A DNA stretch of 64,000 bases, taken from Chrysomallon squamiferum (taxonomy: Eukaryota > Animalia > Mollusca). Under the pieces are notes generated by a model. That model did not search any database. It was given only the letters and a program-made list of their open reading frames with translations, and was not told where the DNA came from. The stretch lies in NCBI GenBank assembly GCA_012295275.1, contig CM022679.1, forward strand, positions 24,180,001-24,244,000. The letters run 5' to 3'. The position numbers were made by a program, and so were the translations under genes. The first letter of the stretch is position 1, and each line of letters starts with the position of its first letter. Below, in pieces: positions 1 to 32,661 of the stretch.

Positions 1-539
1 GTCTCTGGAAGTTTTCTATAATAAAATATTTATGCTCTCCATAAGTAAAAAAGATCTGTATATAAAGTTCTATATAAAACATCTGTATATAAGAAAAAGA
101 AAAAAAAGACGGTCAGACAGTCACATACAGTAATCAAATAATATCTCCTACTGAAGACTAATTTATACTGAATACAAAATTTCAGATACATTATACTGTT
201 ATATTTTACTGTTACACTCAGACATTGAATATAGATTTGTATTAAGTGGTTTCGATAATGAAAGGTATTGAGATCAATGAATGGTTAAAAAGGTCATTTC
301 GTTCAGACTGTTTCGTTTCCTTTATCAATGACGGAAGAGTTTTTAAAAATATAATTCAGGTTCCATGTAATTCAGACAGCAGTGTAACTGATGCCATAGA
401 CCCTCCCCTGATGTTGTCTAATATTAAAACAAGGGACGAAACAGGGAATTTTCGTGATTCAAAGACCGTAACTCATGTCTTAGAAAGAGTAGTTAGACCG
501 TCCATGTTGATCAATAATAAGAAATGTGACAGGATTTTG

Positions 540-711
<172 letters not shown>

Positions 712-759
712 ATACAAAAAAAATAGTAATAATAATAAAAAGGTAAAAAAAAAAGAAAG

Positions 760-794
<35 letters not shown>

Positions 795-1830
795 TACATG
801 CTATATTATCTCATGTCTTTATGAACTTTTAGTAATAAATCTGAAAATTCCTCATAACGTAATTTCGCATGACGAATTATTCGTGGTTAAATAATTTGAT
901 TCATAGCCCCTCTTTAAACACGCCTAGGTCCGAACCTTGAGGAATCAACACATACATGTTTTGCTTTACTTAAAAATGATTAAATTTTCTTTTTTCAACA
1001 TATTTTAATTTGTTAAGTGCCCCAGCCAATTTAAGTATTATTGAACGAAAGGCCTAAAACAAACTTGCATCAGTTAATCAAATTTCTAGCTGTAAAGTCT
1101 AAAAACTGTATAATGTATTATTTTATAGTATTTTAACTTAGCTCTGTAGAGAATATTACAGTTTGTTTGATTATCTTCTTCATTATTAATGCTTCAGTAT
1201 CATTTAGTAAAGCAGATACTGTGAATATCAGTATCAGTATCAGTAATAATAATAATAACAACAACAACAACAACAACAACAACAACGACTACAGTAATAT
1301 CGCTATCTACCATCGTTCATAATAAAATTATTTATTAATTTACTACTTCCGCTACAACTACTTCTTCTACTACTACTACTACATCTACCACTGTTATTGC
1401 CATTATTACTATTATCATCATCATCATTTTTTTTTTTTTTTAATGAAACATTTGTTTTAAATCGTTCCTATAAATTCCTTTTTGAGAACAAGCCTTTATC
1501 TTATACTTCACTAGATTCGGCTGTCACCATTAAATCCATTTGAAAACAAACACACGCTATTAAAATCGGCTTGTTTTCTTCTGCTTGAAAAATAAATAGC
1601 TTTATTGTTCGAATAACAAATGATGCCGATAGGCAAACAAAAGTATTATACTTTCTCCACAAGATCTTGTTTCCGCATTTCTTCCGCTCACTATTACTTC
1701 GTCCATAATCAGAAACGGCAGACGATCGTTAAACGTAAACGCGTATTTTAAAATTAACTACAAAGCAAATGTCAACATGTATTAACGTGGTAGGGTCGTG
1801 ATAATGCTCGAGTACATATGTCCTGGACTC

Positions 1831-2130
1831 GAAGAAAGGAAAATGTTTATTTAACGACAGATTCAATATATGTTACAGTTATATAGAATGTGATGCATTG
1901 TTAAGAATCACTGAGATAACGAGAAAGGAAAGGTAGGGGCTACTCTTTCCGAAGTGATTTTTTTCTTCTTTATATATGCACAACGCAACACACAGAATAG
2001 TACCTAACACTTCTTACGTTACACTAGTTGTGGAGCACTGGGTGGAACGAGAATAATTCAAACATGTCCACCAGAAAAGGTCGATTCACACGACCAACAA
2101 TATTTTTAGCGGACGATCTGCTATATACTC
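1831..2130 (-). mobile_element. Degenerate tRNA-derived SINE copy (MetaSINE-like by recollection)
   Basis: GGAAAATGTTTATTTAACGAC...GGGGCTACTCTTTCCG...TATATGCAC...GTGGAGCACTGGGTGGAACGAGA resembles a molluscan SINE family from memory (not database-checked). Shares CGGAAAGAGTA with the fragment at 16479. Confidence 0.55.
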
Positions 2131-5100
2131 TGTCTTTATAGGTTCAAACTTTGTGACATTTCCTGAAAAAGAATTAATAACTATGATCTCAAACCTCTTT
2201 TCTGATTAGCACTGACAGCTGATAAAAATTAATCAAAAAATAATTTTGTCAGTAGTTATTACATCATCAAACACGATCAAACTATGACGTTTATTGTTAT
2301 TTCCAACACAAATGTCTGATTGTGAACTGTTTTCAAACAAATGGCGACACACACGGAAGTTCGGATCCTGGGTCACTAGATCTTGAATTATTAATGGCTT
2401 GCATTAATTCAGTGCCCAACACTTTGTTTTGTTTGCGTGTTATAGGAAGTGGTTTAATAACTATAATAATGATAATAATGAAAATGATGATCGTGATCAT
2501 AACTGATATTAATAACAACGACAACAGCAACAAAAAATAAATTAACAAAACAATAAATAAAAAAATTTCACCATTTCCTTTACTCTCATTTATTCTTGAT
2601 TCATGGAAAGTTCTTCATCTGGAATTATTTTTGTCAAAAAAAAAAAAAAAAAAAAAAAAAAAGCAGATCTTAACCTACTTTCATAAATCTCACTGACAGT
2701 GTTTAGACAAGATCACGTTGCTTTTAAATTCCTTGATTCTGTAATATTACCTTGTCAAGTGAACGATATTAAACCTTGGCACATCGTGTCAGCATTACGA
2801 CATTTTCACTGTACACATCAACAACACCACCCACGGTTGACGTCGTCGTATTTGTAAGAGGATCATGTTTTAACAAAGTTATCGACAAGAGCTAAAAAAT
2901 ATGGTTAACTTCATATATATTTATTTAGTACTATTCCTACCATTGCTACTTCTGAAACTACTACAACTACAGTAAATTTAAAAATTAGTATTGTTACTAA
3001 AACTGCTACTTCTAATACTACTGTTTACTACTATTACTGTTACAGCTACCACTATTACCACCATTACTACTTCTAACGCTATTCAGTCACCGTTACCACC
3101 CTCACCACCATCATCAATTTTACAGTTTAGCCACAAACTCACATGTATACAAAAGTACATTCATATATATGCGTTAGTGTCTCTTAAAACGTGGACATTT
3201 CGATCAGTCAACTATTAGCTTTACCAATATCCAACCAGGTACAATTTCTCTTTTCAGTAAATTTACAAATAAATAAATAAATTAATAAATAAATAAATAA
3301 ATAAATAAAGTCAGAAAAGAAAGCTTTATTAATGAATGAATAAAACATATATGTTAATAACTTTAGAAACTAAGACCATACAGCCGCAAATAAACTTATT
3401 AAAATGTCAAGAACAGCTAATCGAAACTTGGTCTTACACTGACAAATATCAGCACTGGAGAGCTTTTCTACTGATTCGACCACGGCAGCTACTCAATTCT
3501 TTAAACTGACGAACATTGATAGCGATGATTACGCGTGCTGTATTTTAATCGTTATAATTTATAAATAGTGTATGAACACACCTTTAGCACACCACTGTCT
3601 GCTAATGATCTTGATCTGAGTAACACATCAAAGACGGTCTTCTTACGATAGGTAAACAATAACAAAACTGAACGTATCAGTGGCGTCTGTCATTATCACG
3701 TCTTCCCATTCTCCTTTCTGTGGAGTTTGGCAGCAAACACTTTCCTGTCGAACAGTTTCCATTTTCGTTCACCCAATATCAACAGATGCATGTCAGTGAG
3801 ACCATGATGGCAGATCAAAGTGTTGGTATTCTTAGCTCGAGTTAATTCAAGTGGATTTCGAGTGACGTTTATAAGAAATGTGTTTTATTTTGCGTGCGCA
3901 GGAGGTCTTTGATAAATACGATTGTTTGTATTGTTGGGTATTATCTCTACATGTATGTTTTTACGTTTATAGAGTACATAGGTATCGGATAAGGAAAGAC
4001 AGGGCCGTTTATACATTGCATACATATCGGATGATGAGACTGAGTCAGGTTTCAACTAGATGTGAAATTATAATTTTTTGGACAAGTGTTATAAATTTTA
4101 TTATTTGTCAACACATTCTGCAAACACCCATAATTCCTGCCTCTGCTGATGCGTGTAAGCGTGAGAGTTTGTCTGTATGCATCATATAAGTTGGTGACAC
4201 GTTATTCTATGTTATCATATTCAAACAAAAATCTAGACAATGTTCATTATCACCTCTTTTTTTTTTTTTTCAGAGTGCAGGGTAATTGGAATTATCATCA
4301 TCATCATCATCATCATTATTAATAATTTAAAAAAAAAATCATTTTGTTTTATTATTTTTTCAAATATCCAATGTTTCAAATACCAATCTAGACAGTCCAG
4401 CACATTCAACTCATAAAACGTGTTATATTTCTGAATTTCTAAACTAACAGCTTCTTTTCCACCCGAGTGAATTCCACTCCCTTTTTCCTTTAGCTCCTAA
4501 CACTTAACGCTCGAACCATAATGAGATGTCTTAATGCACAATATATGTCACTTTTCTCTCTCTTTTTTTCTTCAGATGAAGACTATTTTCCGCGCCAGCA
4601 ATTTAAGCGACCTGTATAAAAAGATAGCAATTTTACAAGTCAGGTGAGTATCAAACAAACGTTGCAAGGGGCAAAAATATGAGACGAAAAGCAAAAAAAA
4701 AAAAAAAAAAAATGCTTTTACGATCAATAACGCTTGCCCACAGACTGGATCCTTGATAAAACATCGATAAACGAGTGTAGTAGCAGTATTAACTAATCTA
4801 ATGAAGTTGTGAGAACCCTCTGTGAAATCACACATTGCAAGTTAGTAAAACAAAGTTATCGATGCCAGATTGATTTGTCCGTGACGGAAAGGTTCGTTCT
4901 GCTACAGGACTCGTTCTAAATGTGTTGCTGTTCCGGTAATTAGTTAATTAAAATTACCATTATAGCTATAAACATCAAAGCACATAGAGATGTTGCATTT
5001 GATTGTTTGTATATATATACTTCTATTTATTTATTTATTTATTTGTTTGTTTGTTTGTTTGCTTGTTTATTTATTTGTATAACATACATCTAAATAATAA

Positions 5101-5144
5101 ATATCTGTGCATCGCCAGAAACGAAAATATCTATGTATGCATGC

Positions 5145-5204
<60 letters not shown>

Positions 5205-6073
5205 ACGTATCATGTAATTTTGATCTTAATAGCTTTTTCCAATAACCTGCAGTATATAAAAGCTTGAACGTTATCCCTGGCATAGCGACACGGATATCAT
5301 TGGTTAATTTGTAATTAGACAGAATTAAACTGAGCTTAGACCATAATAAATAATTTCATGATCAGTGAACCGTATCATTAATAATCAGCGAATCGTGAAA
5401 AAGTATGATCAGTTTCCTATCTGACTGGCAAACGTTCTTGTATTAATTAATTCGTATCTGATAGGATTCTATTTTTGCCGAGTAAGAATTTCTGAGCTTG
5501 CAGTCTTTACATTAGATTTCAACAATGAAGTCATCGATAAGTTTAAATTTTTATTTATTTCAGTTTATTTTCATCCATTTATTTATTTATTGATTTGCGT
5601 TGTCTTTTTAATTCGCCCGTGTAAATATTTATTTATTAAACAAATTCATTAAATAAATTCATCGAAGAAATCTTCTGTCAATCCACTGATCACGAAAATA
5701 AACCTAACCATTAATCCGTTTTATGTAACATCTTTGATACCGTTTACACATACTGGTTTATGTGTGTGTCTGTGTGTGTATGTGTGACTGTGAGTCTGCG
5801 TGTGTGTGTGTGTGTGTTTGTGTGTGTGTGACCTTGAACAAATTTAATTATCTGCACCTATTTGACATTTATACGCGTCTTCATTCATCCATCTATCCAT
5901 CTATTCATCCAGTCAATCAATTAACATTTCACATGTCACACTGATGTCTCCTAGACACATGGTCCCAGCCTCGAGTCGAACGTCATCAAATTCGCGGTCT
6001 CTCTTGCTAACACGTGTTCATCGATTCTCTGCAGGGTTCTAATCTAATCCATGTTTGCTTCTCTTCTTTTCAG

Positions 6074-18441
<12,368 letters not shown>

Positions 18442-18463
18442 TTTTATTACATTCTGATTTATT

Positions 18464-18514
<51 letters not shown>

Positions 18515-21372
18515 TTTTATTTTATTTTATTTTATTTTATTTTATTTTTTTAATTTCTCCGGTCATAAAGACAATATTTTTCATTGAATCACCTTCAGTG
18601 ATATCGTCTTTCTTTAGTTCATTGTTTTCTTTCGTTCATTTGTTCCAGATACCCTCTTTATTTGTTTCCTAATTGTTTGCCTCCCTCGTTTTTTTTTTTC
18701 TTCTTTCTTGTTTTTTTTAATTTCATTTTTGATTTGTCATTATCAACATGGATACGGTTTCTAAAAAAACTAAAATTGAAACCAAAATTATGGTATTACC
18801 AGATATCTTTGTTCTCATACTCAGATTACTCAAATACTTCAAATATTAATTGTGGTTACCACGTGATCTAAACCTAGATCAGCCAGCAGTGACTCATTTT
18901 TAGGAGAACCACAAATATTGAATATGTGTAAAAAAAAATCTTTGTCTCGTCATATTGTTCTTTTTCTTTTGTGATCAAATGGTTGGACATTAGAATGAAG
19001 AATCCGTTTTTCTCTAGGAAGACTGATAAAATTTTCTTCAGTTGTTGACTGACTGAGAAAGATTTTGCAAGAAACTGAAACGTTAATGCTTCATGCAAAA
19101 CGAAACTATTACATGTCATAAAGAGAATGACTCAGTTGATTGTGTACTGCTTTTGTTGTAACTGAACAATATTCATGTGGTGAAACGAGAAACTGAATGT
19201 TTTAATGGTAATGATATTGTTAAATAGGCACTGCATTAATTACCAGAATGACGTCACCTTCACTGGTAATTCAAAAATGTATATTTGCTACTGGAATGAC
19301 ACATTCTTCTCTGTTTGTTTTATATATAACAAAACAGCTGAAGCTACCAATATTTTGGTACACAAAGATATCACTATATTTGGAAGGAGAATTATATTTT
19401 TCGTGTATTTTTTGGTTCTGGTATGGATCCATGAAGTTTTATCGGGTTGGAGAAAAGATTTAACTTTTCCAAAAGAATGACTATACAGAGTATAAACAGT
19501 GGGGAACATAAACAGAACTCTTTCTATGTATGACTTCGTTTTTGGTGAGAAAAAGAAACTATATATTTTTTGTTACTTTAGAGGCTTTATGAAAATATAC
19601 AGAAATCCACTGCTTAATAATTCAGATTGCCCTACCATGGCAAAAGGAATGAAGTCGCTTTTACAATATTCGATAAATCTATGAAATTTACAAACTTTGT
19701 TGGCTGTTGTAGTTATTCATTGATGACTAATATTAGTTTATCTTTTCTTTTGCAATCCTTTCCTAATGTTGTGTAATTATAACTGAATATGTAACATGTA
19801 AAAGAGAGACCTTTAAAATAAATCTTGAATGAAAGGTCACTTGCTTTCTATGGCTGCCGTAGGGGAGTCTAGCAGTATTTGTAGAAAAAAGAAGAAAAAA
19901 AAAACTGTTATCAATATATTGTCTTTGCTGTGTTTGTTGAATACAAGAAATATCACTATATAGATTTTGCTTTGTTTAAAAACAAAAAGAATATTGTTTG
20001 AAGTAGATAGTCTATGTGTTTACGAAAATACTGAAATTTCATTAGTTAGAGGTTTCATTAGAATTTGGATACTGAATTTACTGTGTATTCATTTTGTGAT
20101 TGGTTTCCTTTTATACTTACAAAATAGATTAGAAAGTGTGTTGATTATGCTGCCTTACAGTAAATTATTGTTAAACATTAATGTGTATCTCACTCTTAAC
20201 ACCCACACACACACATACACACGCCCACTCATATAAATATCCACGCCCACTCATATAAATATCCACCCACACACACACTCATACATGTACACAAATATAC
20301 TGTATGTATATATATTACAGATGATTTACTTTTTTTAATGTGTTACCTTTTCACGCAGAAATATATACACATGCACTGTACATATTATAGGTATTTTGTT
20401 TTCATTTTGTATTGAAATTTTTTTTTTCCTCCTGAATATCTATGAGTCTGTTTTCATCCATACTTGTGTTCCTAAAGTTAATAATTTAGAGATGAACTGT
20501 CGCTGAAGCTAGATCTTCATCTGTCAATTAACCTTAAACACTTCTAAATTTAAAGACAACTTTTTTGTCTTTAAGAATACTGTAATATATAAAGGACAGA
20601 TCAAGAATTACTGATTGTGATTTGCATTTTGAAAGCTGTCAAATTAAAATGATACTTATATGAAAATAAGTCCCTAAGACCAGTCCTATAACGATCAGCA
20701 AACATCAGTGTTTTCAGAATCATTTAAATCATTTAATTCCTGGCTGTAATATGTTTTTGCTTTTATTCAGATATCTAGAAAATTACTCCTGTCTTAATTA
20801 TTCTGTCACTGTTCACTTTCTGTATCTAATTATGTCCAAAACCTGACAAAACTAACCATCATTCTAATTCATACAAAGAGATGAACGTCTTGCAAAATCA
20901 CATTTGCTACAACTAGACGAGTACTTATCATTTGTCTGGATATAAATAGATTTTTTTATATATATATATATATATAGTGTACTCTGTTATAAATTTTAGT
21001 ATTTGTTGTTATTGTTTGTATATAATATTTACTATTGAACTTTTCATCAGCTCTGTTGTGAGCTGACGTGAGTATTTAATTTTTTTTATGTAAATATGAA
21101 ATAAATATAGGGCAAAGGAAAATTATATTTTCTTCTTCATACAGCATTGTGGGAACCCATGATCTGCTGCTGTTGCTGTTGCCACGACCACTGTTACTAC
21201 TGCTATTATTTAGATATATCCTATACTATTACGACTACTAACTAATATTACCATTATTACTAACCAATTACTACTACCGCTGTTGCTTTTACAATATACG
21301 ACAGACAACTACCATTATACTATTACAACTACCATCACAATTAAACAGCATCAAAATATGCTATTGCTGCCG

Positions 21373-21405
<33 letters not shown>

Positions 21406-21859
21406 TTACTACTACCCTAACTGCTACAACTACTATTAGTACTACTACTACTACCAGTACTGCAACTACTACTGCTGTTACTACTATCATTATAATTCAC
21501 TACTGCTATTATTGTTAGTGGTACTACTACTACTACTGTTACTACAACTACTATTACTAATATTATTATTTATACTACTATTACTACTAGTATTACTTAT
21601 ACAATTAACAGCTGAGCTGCTTCTACTACAAATATGGTTAGTTCCACAAATTATCATTAGGACAGATACACTTACTTTCATCATTGCCACTACCATTACT
21701 CAACAATTTTTTACATCCAACACTACTACTTTGCTGACATTACTATTTATATTATTAAATGCAATTACGACTACTACTACTGCTATTACTACTACCACCA
21801 CTACTACTATTACTACTACTACCATCACCACCACCACTGCTACTACTATTACTACTACT

Positions 21860-21919
<60 letters not shown>

Positions 21920-22665
21920 ACTGCTGTTAATGCTTAAACAACAACAATAATATTAATGACAATAATAATAAACGCGACAGTGCTTTCCAAAACATATAGC
22001 TGCTTGAGCTTAGCAGGTCATTGTTTCTTATTGACAAAACAGAAATATTCTATGGTTAGTGAACCATTATAAATTATAATCACATTAATGTTGTGATTTT
22101 TATCTGTATTCTTTATTTTGTTTGGAAATTTGTCTTTTAATAGAAAAGTAAATAATATTTTTTCATTTCTTATAATCTCAAATTAATGATGATAATGACG
22201 ATAACGATGGTAATAATAATAGTAATGATGATGATAATGTTGGTGATGATGATGATGATGACGATGATAATGATTTAATTAATGAAAGAATATTTCCTGA
22301 AATATCAGTTTGTTAATTTACTTACTAACTTATTTATTTCCCTTATAACGTTATCTATAACTTAAAATAATGAACAGTTATAAACTAAAAACTATGTGTA
22401 TAGTTTTCTGTTTTACTCCGTTTTCTTTCGTTATACTAACAAAGATTTATTACGTCTGTATATACATGTCTCTGTATTAAGCATTCAAAGAAAAAAAAGA
22501 ACGACGGGTATGAAAGATAAGAGACATTTATTATATATGTATATATACATGTATCCATCTCTTTAATCATAATAAAAATTTTGCCTGTAAACACGAGTTT
22601 GTTTTATAATACAATCTTACTTTAGCTTTACAGAAACTGAGTGTGTTTATTATCTTAACCAAAAC

Positions 22666-22755
<90 letters not shown>

Positions 22756-22866
22756 TCTCTGTTAAAAAAATATTTTAACAAAAGAGTAAGGCCAATAACT
22801 CTTGTCGAATAGTTTGTAGGAAAATATTGTTTCCTCATAACTCTACGTTGGTATTATCACTGATAA

Positions 22867-22897
<31 letters not shown>

Positions 22898-23187
22898 AAG
22901 CAGACAAAAATACAAATTCACAATTAGAATATACCACACTGACACTGAATATCACAGAACAGAAACGTTTAATTTTAAATAAAACCAAAATTGTCAAAAT
23001 TTCCGTAGACAGTATTATTTAGAGTGGTAAAGAAACCAATGAAAGAAATACAGAATGAACATAGGACCAATCAATGATCTTTTTAGCCCTATCAGGAAAT
23101 ACCTGAAATATCACTGGCTTGTATATTATAACAAAATATGAGATAAACAAAAAATAAAAATAAAAATAAACAAGCATCTTTTCCCCA

Positions 23188-27362
<4,175 letters not shown>

Positions 27363-28148
27363 AATGTCCAGAAAGTTCCTTTAAAACTTTAACTCTTCGG
27401 AATGAGAATATCCATGACAATACGTCGTCCACTTTCAGTACCTCGGCGTTTGTTCTACATGTGCTGCCGTGTCTTCTTGATCCTGTACTGGACATTAATT
27501 TGTTCTAAGTAAATTTTACGTTACCCTTGGGTGGAGGATTAACTGCTGCATAGATCTGAATAACGTCGTCTACGTAGTTCTAATTTGTTACCGGATTGTG
27601 TCTCGAAGGATTTTGGTCATTTTGTCCTCCATAGGAGTATCAATAATTAAGACTTGATCTCGTGCCAGAAGCGAATTGCGGTGGTTCCTTGGTGTATAGT
27701 TACATAACTTTACACAGACTACAGAAAGCATGCATGTAGATATTTAGTAATGACCTTTGTAAATATCGTAAATATATTCTAAGGTAATGCTTAGTCGTAC
27801 CAGAATTAGTAGTTTGTCCCTCGTTGACGTCCTAATTTTCATATAGAGTTATTGAGTTTGTAAAATTAGAAACATTATTTAGTAGTTTAATTTATTTCGT
27901 ATTCTTGGCCTTGTGTTTTCGAAGGGTTAGGACAAAAATGTATCAAGTGTAATTTTGTATTTATTTTTTTTGATATTGCTGTTGCAGCCATTGTTTTGAC
28001 GACGATGATTCTGCTAGACTGTTCAAAATAAAACTGATTAAGTCTTATATACTGATATATTTCTTAAATATTTTTGAATCAACATCATTATTCTATATGC
28101 TATTTTGTCATTAACGAACTTACACACTCTATCTACATATAAAGTATA

Positions 28149-28184
<36 letters not shown>

Positions 28185-28381
28185 AAAAATCATAAATTAG
28201 TATTCAGTATATTGTTGCAAAGTGTATGAATAACTAGCTTAAGTATTACGTTGCTGTATTCTAGAATAAACTGATATTACAAAGTACTGCAAGATATGTG
28301 AATATCTGAGGACTGTAATTAGTATTATATATTATTAATTCGTGAAAGAAATACAGCTAAAAGCATGTTTCCTTACATGAA

Positions 28382-28442
<61 letters not shown>

Positions 28443-30051
28443 CAGGTTGTGTAGGTATTAGTAGGTGGAGCTTGAAGAAGAGCAGTGCTGATGTTGTTGT
28501 CGTAGTAGTTTTAATAATACTGTACTGATAATTTTGGAAACATTGGTGTGCATCCATAAGAGTATTAGTAGCTGCAGTTCTTGTGAATGTTACTATTAGT
28601 AATGATAATCAAATCATGACGATTATAATAAAATGATAATGCACAAAGGTAATAATAATCATGATGATAATGATAATAATGATAATACACTAAGTTCATA
28701 ATATTCACGACGATCATGATAATAATGATAAAACACTATTCTAATAATAATTTATCGCAAAGTTATAAAATAACATATAGCTGTTGGCACAAACTGACGA
28801 TTGCATTGTGGTAATAATAAGTCGCTGAACGTGTTTTAATGTGATTTGTTTACTTTAGCAGCGGCAGTAGAAGAGCGAACAATAATTAGCCTCTGGTGAC
28901 CAGATGATGGTCAATGCTGGACAACTGGCAGATGGCACATACAGAAATAATTGTGTAATCAATAAAAAGATTATCATTTTGCACAGAAGGCATTAAATAA
29001 TTATACTTACAACTGATTTATGTTGATGGTAGGGGAGAATTGTTCAGTGTGTCATGTTTGAAATGGAATTGGTCATACATCTTCTGCTTTTAACTGACCT
29101 GTGCTGGTTACATTGAGTTGAAACACAAGTTCATAGCGTTTTTTTGAGTGAAAGCCAAAAACAAAATTTAGATACACTCAGCTATAAGTGCGCCATTTTA
29201 TTCACCATTCAGAATATATATTTCAAGCTCGTGTGAGACGAAATCAGATGTCCACATGCCATCTATTAACAAAATTAAAAATTAATAAATTAAAATAAAT
29301 CATTTGAATTTGCTCTACCCCAAACCAATAACAGCTAGAGTTAGTTCATATCGGAATATTTTCTTTATTTTTACGCATGATGAATGCATCAGAACGAAAC
29401 CAAACAATGCTCGCGTGTTGTTTGTGATTTCCTCGACAACCATTTTCAAAGATGGCTATCAAGTTATTGTTGAAAAATCAAATCTTATATTTCTTATATT
29501 GAGGAAACTTGACAGAGATAGGCAGATATATTTTGTAAGATGATTTCACAAAAATTATTCACTTTTTGTTGTTGAAATGATGCTACTGTTTAAACCGACA
29601 GACATACTCACACGTTCATATGAAACAAATAACAATACATAACCATTGTTAACGATATTTATTAACTAACAATAATAACATGTACAAAATATTAATTTCA
29701 CCTCTCATCAAACTCTGTGTTATTGACATCTCACTATTTAATAATTACTTACAGTATGTTATCAGTAAAATATAATTCATTACCTATATAAGTGTGTGTG
29801 TATGTGTTTGTGTGTGTGTGTATGGTGTGTATGTGTGTGTGTATTTATGCATATATGTATCTCAGTGGGGTATGTGTGTGTGTGTATATATATATATATA
29901 TGTATGTACTTATATATATATGTGTGTGTGTGTGTTTATACATTTGATACAGTAACAATATTCACAAAATGTCTCTTTTACTAAATAGTAATATCCAAAA
30001 CTGAATTAAATATGGCACGTTTTATATTAACTGTGATGATAATAATGACGT

Positions 30052-30126
<75 letters not shown>

Positions 30127-30407
30127 ATAGATCAAAGGAAATAATTAAATATGAATAATAGGCATTCTCAAAGGGAAGTAATATGCACGTACATATTAAT
30201 GAAAGAATTTCTTCAAGTTGATAAACGTATTAGTATTAATAATATCATTTATACGAAAAACCGACAATTGTCCAACAGTTTTATAGGTTTGAAAGATCGA
30301 TAACAGTAAATAATTTTAATCAAATCAAAATAAAATATCTCTTTCTTTCTCCATTAAATAAATTATTAATATTTGATGTAATCACCAGTCTGTTGTACAA
30401 AAATAAA

Positions 30408-30451
<44 letters not shown>

Positions 30452-31758
30452 CGATGATGATGATGTTAAGTGGCAGTGGTAGTAATAATAGTAGTCGTAA
30501 TACAAAATAAAAAATAAACATATAGACCAAGGGAGATAATTTACAAATAAAAGATATTCCTCATGGGAGATAACCGACAAATATAATTCACATTAATTTT
30601 AATAGTGAACAAACAATCTACAGCATAATTGTTACTGTCACTTACAAACCTTCGAACAAATATGATCGTTAATAATTCATACTCTACCTCGACAGATCAC
30701 TGATTCTATACATTGGTGTTGTTAAAACTATTGATTTAAACATCACATTACAACGTCACAGTAATACAATTCAGCATGAATTACGCATTATTGTAACGAG
30801 ATCGTGATACAGCTCTTTAATAATGGAAATATATATGCGTCATTATACAACAGTGGCTAAGCTATATTCTTTAAATGGTAGATGCCAGGATCGAATCCAG
30901 GTAGAGTCTTAATGAAAATTCATTAGGATTGTCAAAGACCATTGTACACTATGTTATTACTAACCAGTTATTTAACATGCTAACACAATAACATTGTGTT
31001 TATAAAGACAAACACGGTATTTTACGAAGAAAGCCCGTGTCTGGATCTTTGTTTAGATGTATTTACCATATAAACTGTGTGATTTAGTGCATTGTTTGTT
31101 TGTTTTTGTTGGCACATAAACAATTATGCAAAAAGTGTATGCAGATATTACAAATAAAGTAATATATTAAAAAAAAAAAAATTTAATGAAACAACAACAA
31201 CAACAAAAAAGTAATGAAATGCTTCAAAGAAGATAAATACATGTACATTTCATCTAGCACTAAAGGTAATAAAACAAAACTTCATTATACTGGCATTTTA
31301 TAACGTTACACATTTAAAAACAGTACATGCATTTAACACACTATGTACAGGATCGTATTTTAAAAATCGTAAACTGAAGTGAACTGTATCTACCGCTTTC
31401 TAATCTTTTGCAAGTACGAAAAATATACAGCTAAAGAAGCATGAACTAATCGTTCGAGATAATTCATATATGAAAACAGACTAAGATTTAGAAATATTTC
31501 AGATAAATTACAGTCTTCTACTAATACGTTTTATTTTAGCTAGATCTAAAATTTAATGGAAGATAAATCGTGGAATCGCGTGTTCGACTGACTTGGAAGA
31601 TCGTGTTTGATTGTTTAGATTGCAGAATAACTTAATTAATAATGACGTTGTTGTAGCTACAAGGGAAACAAACTATTACTACAGTTTTCTTTTGATACAT
31701 TGATAGTAAAATATTGGCTGTGTCATAAAATGAACATATATATGTGCCTTTACTTTAT

Positions 31759-31789
<31 letters not shown>

Positions 31790-32513
31790 CAGTATTCCCT
31801 CGCTATTCGCGGGGGTTACGTTCTTAACCCCCCCGCGAATAGCGAAAAACCGCGAATATTGGATGCGGTTTTGAAACGTCTATTATGAGATTATATACGG
31901 TACTAAATGCTTCCCAAACACTTTCTAAAGACATTCTTACTCATTAATACAGTAATAATGTAGTAGTATTGCATGCAGTTATGTATTTCACTAATGTAGT
32001 AATGATAATGTAAACGCATTTTAATTTTGTACTGAAACAATATTTTAATCAGAAAGAAACGTAAGTACAGGAGGACAGTAACACCGCATAGCATAGTTAC
32101 CCATACTGTATTACTGTACCGTAAAGTCATTTTCTATGCGTACAACATATGTATTGGAATTGACAGAAAGTGGAACAAATTTAAAGGCAAACAGACAGAT
32201 AAATACAGTACGCACAGTTCAGGTAATAATAATACAATTCAGTAATAATATGCAATTAAAAACATTATTAATACACGGTCACAAAAAATATGCACTGTAC
32301 ATACAGTGTATGCATTTATAAAAAAAATACGTACTGTATTGCAATAATAATTGAAAAAATTTGATACTGTTTGTACGGTTTACCGAGCATTTGTTTTTAT
32401 GACGTTATGACGCTCGCCTGGTATACCAGCATACGATGCGATAGGGTTAAGAGCCTAACCCGCGAATATGTGGGGCCGCGAATGGGGAACCGCGAATAGG
32501 TGAGGGTATACTG
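31790..32513. mobile_element. Non-autonomous Tc1/mariner-superfamily (pogo/Tigger-like) MITE, ~724 bp
   Basis: Imperfect terminal inverted repeats CAGTATTCCCTCGCTATTCGCGG ... CCGCGAATAGGTGAGGGTATACTG, subterminal CCGCGAATA repeats, flanked on both sides by TA within a (TA)n tract; no transposase ORF. Confidence 0.85.
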
Positions 32514-32661
32514 TATATATATATATATTATACCTGCGACTACTGACCAGTTTATTATTTCTGAATAGTTAGATCCACGCTGGTCCTTGCGGTTTCGCAA
32601 ATGTTTTTTCTCTCAGTCGGACGGACCTGTAAAAATTGAATTACCTGCATGACATTTACAG

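Noticed and set aside
3805-3845. ATGATGGCAGAT... as a possible first exon of the protease
   Set aside because: The available GT is in phase 1 whereas the SEA exon needs phase 2; no TM or SEA sequence.
30850-30910. tRNA-like A/B boxes (CAGTGGCTAAG...GGATCGAATCC)
   Set aside because: No complete cloverleaf or acceptor stem; more likely a decayed SINE head.
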